The translations under genes were made by a program, and so were the position numbers. Positions 20,101 through 28,800 of a stretch of 64,000 nt of DNA are shown piece by piece; the stretch's first letter is position 1, and each line of letters begins with the position of its first letter. The stretch lies in the IMG/VR virus record IMGVR_UViG_3300033182_000769, positions 64,001-128,000 of that record. One strand, written 5' to 3'. This stretch comes from a virus. Below the pieces are notes generated by a model. That model did not search any database. It saw nothing but the letters and a program-made list of their open reading frames with translations, and was not told where the DNA came from.

Positions 20101-22800
20101 GGTAACAATGCGCAAACTGGTAATTCTACAGGTATTACAATTGCGTCAAACGATGATCACACAGAAGAAGAATTATTAGGTTTAAGAATACTTATTACAT
20201 CGGGTGACGGTACTGGACAATACGGATACGTTACAGCATACAATCCATTAACAAAGAGGGTTGAAGTATCAAGAGAATCAGACGATAGACCAGGCTGGGA
20301 TCATGTTATCCCAGGAACACCTCCAGTTGCATCAATGACAACAAATGCAACTTATAAATTTGAACCAAGATTAGAATTCGAAAAGCCACCATTTAGTGCA
20401 AACAGCGCAGACATGGTTATTGGCGCACAATGGCATAGTCTTGCTTACGGTGAAACTTATGAAGTTTATAACGGCGTACAAGGTTCAGAAGGTGAAGGCG
20501 AAACTATTGATATTATTCCTTACGTAGCAACATGGAATGTTGTTAAAAATGGACGCAACTATGAAGTTGAAATGTTACAAGGTGGCGCAGGATACGAAGC
20601 AGGACAAACTGTAACTATCCTTGCTGCTCAAGTAGGCGGCCAAGATAACGAAAACGACATTACAATTACTGTTTTATCAGTGTCGGACGATAGTACAAAT
20701 TCTATTATGACTTTTGCACACAACGGCGTTGCTCAGAGCGGCCGTTGGGTTGCTATGCCTGCTGTAAGTGATAAAACAGTTTCAGCAATTGACGGAGAGC
20801 AATGGGTTGAGAATAGTTTACCATCGGCTGGTAAGTGGTATGTTACTTCCGGAACTGTTCCAAATGGACAAAACGGAGAGACTAAACCGATTTTTGTTGC
20901 TGTTAAAAACAACAGTTCGCAATCAACATATAGTTATGATGGCAAAACATGGGTAGAAAAAACATTACCTGCTGCAAGACAATGGGTAGGGATTACATAC
21001 GGTAACGGTGTATTTTTAGCAATATCTCAAAACCTAAACGCAGGAGCATACTCTACAAATGGTTTGAACTGGACGGAAGTTAATTTACCAGATTCAGTAG
21101 ACTCAACTATTGCTGAATGGGTCGATGTTACATACGGTCAAGGCAAGTTTGTTGCATTAGCAAGCAGTGATAACCAGGTTGGTGTTGGTACATATAATGC
21201 AGACACAGATACGTGGACTTGGACTGCGTATGTTATGGACTCTGTTGCAGATTCATCGCAATTAAATTGGATTAGTATTGCATACGGTAACAATAGATTT
21301 GTTGCTATCTCTAATGATGGTAACATTTCATATAGTTTTGACGCAATCGATTGGATGGATCCAACTATGATGGCTGCCGGTTACGACGGAATGCCAACAC
21401 AGGACGGTTCGACATTACACGAATGGCGTCAAATTAGATACGGACAAGGTCTGTTTATGGCTGTTGGTAATACAGCAGGACGAACTGTTGGAGCAGATCC
21501 TACTATAGGACCTACTACGTGGATTGTTACTTCTGAAGACGGTCTTGTATGGGAAGGCCACGATATGCCAGTAGAAGGCTCGTGGGGCGCTTGCGCATTT
21601 GGTAATCCAGATATTTCATTAGGCGATAGTACTATTTCGAATAGCACACCTATGTGGGTAATCACACCAGACGATAACGGTTACATAAGTTGCACTGTCA
21701 AATACGGTAAACGTGCTCAAGGTAGAATGATGGTTACCACTGGACGTATTACAGACGTTAGAATTTGGGATCCAGGCTCAGGATATAGTGATCCTCCTGC
21801 TTATACCATTACAGATCCTGTTAACACACTTGATGCATATCTTGAAACACGTATCGGCGACGGCGTATTGTGTCAACCAAGTTGGGTTAACAGAGGTACA
21901 AACTATAAAACAAGCTCTACAACAGTTACCGCATACGGTGATGGTTATGCTGACCAAATCACTATCGGACAATTTGTTACAATTGACGGCTTGACAGTAT
22001 TACCTGGACCAGGTGCACAGTTCCGCTTTAGAGGTGAAACAGACTACTTTACAGTTGCTACTGTTGAACTTGATCAACAAAATCCAGACGGTACGTTCAC
22101 AGGTTACTTCAGAGTAGGTCCAAAGTTCTCAGTAGATTATAATTTAGAGCACGGAACTGAAGTTGAAATACGAGAGCAGTATTCACAGGTGCGTATCACA
22201 GGACACGACTTCCTTGATGTTGGTACTGGTAACTTTATACAAACAAACTATCCAGAGTTGTACACAAGTGCTTCTTTCTATCAAGCAGCACCAGAAAACG
22301 AAGTATATGAAGCAAATGGTGGTCGTGTATTCTACACAAGTACAGACCAAGATGGTAACTTTAGAACTGGTGAGTTGTTTGCTGTAGAACAAGCAACGGG
22401 TATTGTTACTATTAGTGCTGACTTCTTTGACTTAGACGGTTTGACAGAGTTAGCACTTGGTGGTGTTAGACTTGGCGGATCTGGTGCTGTTATTAGAGAG
22501 TTCTCAACTGATAGCGCATTTACAGCAGATTCAAATAACGTAGTTCCAACTCAACGTGCAATCAAAGCATACTTGCAGAATAGATTAAACGTTGGCGGTT
22601 CGGACTTGTTAACAGCGAGCTTTATCGCTGGTACAATATTAGTTGGTCCTAATCAAATTAAGAACTCGGCGAGCTTAAAAGTTAAGTTCCCAGTTAAAGT
22701 TAATATAGAAGGCGCTGAAGCAGGAATTAGAGGCAGCATACTTGCACAGAATATGTTCTACTACTCATTTGGTAGACAAACAGGTAAATTGGGGATATAA
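17164..22800 (+). CDS. Giant tail fibre/appendage protein A (1878 aa)
   Basis: N-terminal W..xY..GD(V/L)V.YGG..Y.C repeats (CBM5/12-like), a pectin-lyase-like beta-helix, SxDGxxW / W..I.YG.G.FVA propeller repeats and a C-terminus conserved with protein B. Confidence 0.8.
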   Translation: MAEFKISRIRYTWKGAWNTSTAYIADDVVRFGGSTWVCMRNHISSTFQGDQEFLANPQDTDYSPAWFKMMDGYAFVGNWEEDTLYSPGDVALYGGRLYVCTESHTSNITFEENNLKWFVFTNLHNWVNDWAAETRYGIGDLAKYGGVVYRCILEHTSADVAGGLEENQLNWSAYYSGIEFVGAWTADERYRPDDLVKYGGSILRCVSGHTATTFEPSAFITEFPGFKFQGEWDVAEFYAVGDIVRHGGYLYKSISNNTGETPDNLNYGDNTNWQFLSKAINFRGAYDKDTAYHTGDLVRRGGTLYVALTDRTPDGSSIDYLNTSDWKEVAPGVNWKNGWKVDELYGPGDVVNYRGVTWACNYGHVASYQNFPSDDNGSGNNYWDRVVDTGIPAGLSNRGDLLTYDFFREDIGDESSLGVTRVAVGQNTEYLTIDDQDSLTYSTWGNNEKFIHVAPNGIDSTDDPEQGKNWNKPFKTIQFAAQEIESWGEAGWHTTINLRTGMYHEVLPIVLPEKVSIVGDELRGVQVAPMPAVAELANDLSYSTAALEHISSLLPALMKGETVNPTPGNTAVLPPLVSTVEEEVTVEVGGEIIVETQISTTFYFATDETINFVQGLIDDIIAYATYYIDGTGNLPTMTGSNNTRTDGYYGEGQEWPDSIQILHLLKTWIAEEASAFIAYTFPDYEFNPDRCKRDMRKYVEAWTYDVDWNGNYKSLVAARLYKNAVLGSETEDMFYMRNSTGLRNMTLTGLSGTLSPPAVNELYRRPTGGAFTSLDPGWGPDDEKVWIHTRSPFMSNVTTFGENCTGQKVDGSLHNGGYKSFVSNDYTQIISDGIGAWITNSGRAELVSVFTYYAQIGMFSENGGIIRATNGNSSYGDYGAIAEGNDPEETPRYGTVNGRTQQAQVAAAFAGEINDYILILEYSNAGQEYTRAGYNFVGSGYNAQAVQEEFRDNAIFEIQVKNAPGLEGNLPGGSNYSLIGNNAQTGNSTGITIASNDDHTEEELLGLRILITSGDGTGQYGYVTAYNPLTKRVEVSRESDDRPGWDHVIPGTPPVASMTTNATYKFEPRLEFEKPPFSANSADMVIGAQWHSLAYGETYEVYNGVQGSEGEGETIDIIPYVATWNVVKNGRNYEVEMLQGGAGYEAGQTVTILAAQVGGQDNENDITITVLSVSDDSTNSIMTFAHNGVAQSGRWVAMPAVSDKTVSAIDGEQWVENSLPSAGKWYVTSGTVPNGQNGETKPIFVAVKNNSSQSTYSYDGKTWVEKTLPAARQWVGITYGNGVFLAISQNLNAGAYSTNGLNWTEVNLPDSVDSTIAEWVDVTYGQGKFVALASSDNQVGVGTYNADTDTWTWTAYVMDSVADSSQLNWISIAYGNNRFVAISNDGNISYSFDAIDWMDPTMMAAGYDGMPTQDGSTLHEWRQIRYGQGLFMAVGNTAGRTVGADPTIGPTTWIVTSEDGLVWEGHDMPVEGSWGACAFGNPDISLGDSTISNSTPMWVITPDDNGYISCTVKYGKRAQGRMMVTTGRITDVRIWDPGSGYSDPPAYTITDPVNTLDAYLETRIGDGVLCQPSWVNRGTNYKTSSTTVTAYGDGYADQITIGQFVTIDGLTVLPGPGAQFRFRGETDYFTVATVELDQQNPDGTFTGYFRVGPKFSVDYNLEHGTEVEIREQYSQVRITGHDFLDVGTGNFIQTNYPELYTSASFYQAAPENEVYEANGGRVFYTSTDQDGNFRTGELFAVEQATGIVTISADFFDLDGLTELALGGVRLGGSGAVIREFSTDSAFTADSNNVVPTQRAIKAYLQNRLNVGGSDLLTASFIAGTILVGPNQIKNSASLKVKFPVKVNIEGAEAGIRGSILAQNMFYYSFGRQTGKLGI

Positions 22801-22846
22801 AAAATGGGTGATAAATACACTGACTTCATGTTAATCGGAGTAAACA

Positions 22847-25800
22847 ATGGCAGAGTTTAAACTTGGAAGAATTAGATTTGTGTGGAAAGGTCCTTGGACC
22901 GGAGCCACAACTTACTACGTAGACGACGTTGTTCGTTACGGGGGTAAGACATTTATATGTGTTGACGGACACACGTCAGACGCCGACTTTAATGTTGACT
23001 TAAACTACAATCCAACTAAATGGAATCAAATGTCGGACGGTCATGAATGGAAAGGTCCTTGGCAGACAAACACATTTTATAAAATAAATGACGTGGTAAA
23101 ATATGGCGGTTTGTTATATATTGCAAATACTGCTCACACATCAGCATTGACAGATGCACTTGGCTTAGAAGCAAACCAAGCACACTGGACGCTTTATGCA
23201 GAAGGTCTCGAATGGAAAGGCAACTGGGCTACAAACACACGTTATAAATTAAATGACCAAGTACGCTATGGTGGTTATACTTACGTTTGTAACACAGGGC
23301 ATACTTCTGCTGTTACCACTGCCAATGGCTTAGAAGCAGATCAAGGTAAATGGGACTCATTTAACGAAGGTTTGCAATACAAAGGTGCATGGACTACTGC
23401 CACAAGATATAAATTAAATGATGTTGTTAAATACGGCTCATCAGTTTATATTTGTACAACCCCACATACTTCCGATGCATCAACCTTCTTAACAGATACT
23501 GCAAACTGGGCAGTTATGGTTGAAGGTGCCGAGTTTGAAACCACTGATTGGAGTGATGCAAGTGTAACTTACCAATTAGGTGATATTGTACGCTACGGTG
23601 GTAATCAGTACGTTTGTGTTCAATCACACGTTTCGGATTCTACTTCACCTGCTGCAGGTGGTGCAAATTGGACCGTAATGTCCTACGGCTTACGTTATCA
23701 AAACGACTGGGCTAATAATGTTTCATACAAACCAGGCGAAGTTGTAAGTGTAAATGGTTTAACTTATCTTGCTAAACAAGATTCGCCAACAACTACTATT
23801 ACAGTTACAGCGTCAAGCTCAGTTAACAACCGTTTAACTTATTCAGGAAGTACTGTTATTGCAGACGGTATGAGTATTCGCTTTACTGGTACTACGTTTG
23901 GCGGTATTATGTCAGGCGCAAAATACTATGTTAAACAGGTTATTTCACCAACCGAATTAACAATTACTACAGAGTTCGGCGGCGCTGTTAAAACATTAAC
24001 AACAGCATCGGGCTCAATGACTGGTACTTCATCGTTTGAACCACCACACGCAACTTACTGGACCGCATTAACACACGGCATGAAGTGGGCAGGTGAATGG
24101 ATGGATGACACCGAATATGAGATCGGTGACATTATTAGATTTGGATCTAATGCATACGTTTGTGTAGGTGGACACCGCTCAGAAGCAGACGACGGATCAT
24201 CTATTGGACCATTGGGCGGCGGCACAGCAAATTCTCGCCCAGACCAAGATGCAACTGGTGATTATTGGAACGTTCTTGCAATTGGTAACGAAACTGAGGT
24301 ATTAACTACACGTGGTGACATGGTTTACTACGGTGGTGCAGGTCCTACTCGTTTACCAGTAGGCATTGAAGGCCAAGTACTTGTTTCAGATGGCACAGAT
24401 CCAGTATGGACTTCATTAGGCCATGTAAATCATGTTTATTACGTTTCTCCATTAGGTAAGGATGGACACTATCCTGTTAACGGTGGAACTATTGACAGAC
24501 CGTGGAAAACTATTAGACACGCTTGTCAAGAAATTGAAAGAGGCTGTCGCAATCCAAACGCAGCAAAACTATTAGAAATGAACAGAGTATTCATTCAGCG
24601 AGAAGTGACTGAATGGATCCAATATCAAATTGCTAATGCTCCGGCTGGCGGCGATTGGGAAAACTTTGTATACGACGATTTCAAATGCGAAAGAGACACA
24701 GGCTTTATTGTTGATAGAGTTATCTGGGACTTAACGCATGGCGGTAACTTAAAAATGAGAGCTGCTGCCCAAACTTACTTAAATCAGTTAGCAAACGGTC
24801 CTTACTCAACAGAAGAGTTTGGCACAGGCGAATATACTAAGTTGAGTGAGCAAGGTGCACACGATGTTTTAGCATTTAACTATATGTTAGAGGTTGTTGC
24901 ATCGGTACTTGCTAATGAAGCACCTGCTACTGTATATCAAACAGTAAACGGTGACAACTCAACAGCAACAGTTGATCAGTGGATCAACACCGAGTATCAA
25001 GCAGAGAACGTAATGGCTGAGATTACGTCGTTGGTTGGTATTGTTACTACAGCATTAACAGACGGAACTATTCCTGCACGTTATGTTCCAAACGCAACAT
25101 TATATGTTAAAAGTGGAACATATCATGAAACATTACCAATCATTGTTCCCGCAGAAGTTGCACTTGTCGGTGATGAGACACGTTCAGTACACATTGCTCC
25201 GGCAGATAGTTTAGTAGATATTTCAGATGCTTATTATTCAAGTGCAAACTTAGATAGATTAGCAGAAGTTGTTTCAGATGTTGTACAAGGTAATGCGGTT
25301 ACTCCTACTACAGGTAACACTGAAGCACAACACATAGAGTGGCCATTTGGCGGCGCTGATCAAGCAGCAGTTGGTACCAAGTTAGCTCGTACTATGAAGT
25401 ACGATATGGATAATAGATTAAATCTTACACACAGTTTTGATTATCCTAATCCACCTGGATATAACTTCTCTTACATGGCCGGATACGGTGATGCAAGAGA
25501 GTTGTTAATGAAGAATAGAACATTCTTCAAACACGAAGTTAAGCAATATATTGATAACAATTACCCACTTCTAAAGTATAGCAGAACTAAGTGTCTACGA
25601 GATGTAGGACATATTACTGATGCAATTATGTATGATTTAACATACGGCGGTAACGCACAATCTGTTGTAGCAGGTTTGGCTTACTATGAAGGAGTTGGTA
25701 GCGATTTATATATCGATAGCACTGAAAAATTAGCAACCATTGCGTCATATGAATATTTAAGAAGCATGATGGAAGATGTAGTTGCTAATACTCCTATCGT

Positions 25801-28800
25801 TCCGTTGCAAACTGACGTAGTTCAATATACTGACGGCAACTTAGATGGTTCAAATGCAGTATCGTTTATCGGTGCAAACATCAATGAAATGATTGATATT
25901 GTTGATAACGGTCCGGGTGCAGTAACATTAACAGATCCAAGTACTACGTGGGTTGCTTCAGCGTTAACTACTGACAATTCGGCAATGAACGCAATTGTTG
26001 GCCAACTTCAAATTGATACAATTGATTATATCAATACTAACTTTGGCGACTTTACATATAACTCTGCACTATGTCGTAGAGATTCTCATTACATGGTACA
26101 AGCAGGTTACTGGGATGCAGCATTTGGTTCTAACTTCTGGGGTGTACAAAACGGTCTTGCATACCATCGTCCACAAGCAGATAAAGTTACATCTGAGCAA
26201 CGTGCTCAAGAGTTAGGTTCTGTTTTACACATTAAAGGAGAAGTTGCAACATCATTAACCGGTAATGCTACTGCAATTAGTAGAGCGAGAGCAACGTATG
26301 ATGAGATTGTTGATATCATTTCACATGGTGTTTCAAACGCAGATGCATTAGTGTTTACAGATACTGGCACAGCAAACTTTACAAACGCAAGAACTCAACT
26401 ACAAACAAACCGTCAGTTTATTATTGACGAAATGAGTGCTTGGATGAATACTAACCACAACGCAGTGTGGGTTGGCTTAGGCACCGAAGGACAAAATCTA
26501 TGTAAACGTGACGTTGGCTACACTGTTGACGCTTTATCATACGACGTTAACTACGGCGGCAACATGGCAACACGCAATGCTGCAAGAGCATTATTCAGCG
26601 CAATTACTGGATTATCTGTTTATCCAGATGCAGCGATGAAAACTGCTGCTGCTGCAATGTACACACAATTAGGCAGTGTATGTAGTGACGTTGTTCAAGA
26701 GTTGTATGCAGGTCAGGATACTTCAGGTACTGCTGCTTCGGCAACTGAAGGCGCAAGAATGGTAACACTTGCTGGCAACATTAACGCAGTTATTGTTGCT
26801 GATACTATTAGTGGTCTTGTTGCAGAAAGCACTCCAAGCATTACTTGGGTTGATGCCGGCATTCAAACAGTACTTGGTACACTTGCTACAGACGAAGATG
26901 CTATTGTTGCAAGTACACTACAATATATTACTGATAACTTTAGCAGTTTAAAATATAACCATGCTAAGTGTTCAAGAGATATCGCTACAATTGTTAAGGC
27001 AGTTGGTTACGATATGATGTTTAATTCTAACTTCCAGACACTTAAATCAGGTTATGCTTATTTGAGATCAAGTGCAAACGAAGTATTCAGTTTAGGTCAA
27101 AAGACAGTTACTCGCAGAGCATTAGACTTTGTACGTGATGCAGTACTTGCTGAATGTAGTGATTCTACTGCAATTGCAAGAGTAACAAACTTAATGTTAA
27201 CATTAGATGATGTCATCTACAGCGGTAGTACAGAAGGTCAAGTTTGTCAAACTGAAGACCGCAATGTTGATTGGGCTATTTTGCAATTAGAACGTAACAG
27301 AGACTTTATTGTTGAAGAAGTTCGTGCATGGATGGAATACAACTTTGTTGATTTTGATACATATTACGATTCAGTAACTTGCTCACGTGACGTAGGCATG
27401 ATTATTGATGCTGTAAGTAATGATTTAATTACAGGCTCTAATTTCCCTTCAAGTGTAGCAGGAATGGCTTACTACAGAGCAAATGCTTCTGTTGTTACAA
27501 GCGGACAAATGATGCAGACTGTAGATGTTATGCATCAAGTTAGAGATGCTGGCTTGAGAGTTGTTACAGATCCAACATTGTACACAGCAGTTGAAGCATC
27601 ATTTGACAACATTATTAACATTTTGGAAAACGGAATGAGCGCAGTACCTGCTTATACATTCCCAGATAACGGCACAAGTACTGCTTATGATAGTACTACC
27701 GCTGCTGATTTCCAAACAAACAGAGCAACTTACATTTCAAACTTAACATCTTGGATTACAACTACGTATCCAGCGTTAACTTATGATACTGCTAAGTGTG
27801 AGCGTGATGTTGGATATATTGTTGATGCAGCAACATTTGATATTTTATATGGTGGTAATTATCAATCAGTAATCGCAGGCGATGCTTACTATTCATTTGG
27901 TACTTTACAATTAGGCGCAAGCGAGAAAACAGAAACTATTGCAGCGTACGGACAATTGAAATCATACTTAGTTGCAGATGCTGATCCAAGCTCACAAGCA
28001 GCAGTTGGCAGCAACATGGACGATGTTATTGCTATTGTCACTAACGGTGCAGGAACAGTTGCTACAACAATGCCAGTAGCAACAGGTGAAACTGCTGCTA
28101 TACAAGCAACATACTCTGCAATGCAAAGTGCAAAAGCAACTGTTCAAAGTAATATGACACAGTATATTACTGATACGTACAGTTCATATGTTTATAATCA
28201 AGCATTCTGCTTACGAGATGTAGGTTATATGATTGACGCTATGAAGTGGGATATGCGTTACGGTAGTAACTACGAATCACTTAAAGCAACTCAATTGTAT
28301 GCAAATGCAGTATTAGGAAACAAAGAAGAGAATATGTTCTTGTTACGCAACGGTACTGGTTTACGTAACTTAACACTTGAAGGATTGAGTGGAGACGTTA
28401 CTCCTGAAAACGAATACGGAACAAGCCGTGTTACAGCAGGTGCGTATGCATCACTTGATCCGGGTTGGGGACCAGATGACTTCCGTACTTGGATTATTCA
28501 TCGTTCTCCATACGTACAAAACGTTTGTACATTTGGTCATGCAGCAGTTGGTCAGAAGATTGACGGCTCGTTACACGCAGGAGGTTATGACTCTATTGTA
28601 TCAAACGACTTCACTCAGTTAATTAGTGACGGTATTGGTGCATGGGTTACTAACAACGGTAGAGCAGAGCTTGTATCTGTATTCACATACTACTCATACA
28701 TTGGTTACCTTGCAGAAAATGGTGGTAAGATCCGTGGCACAAACGGTAACAACTCTTATGGTCATTTTGGTTCAGTAGCAGAAGGCTTTGATAGCACAGA

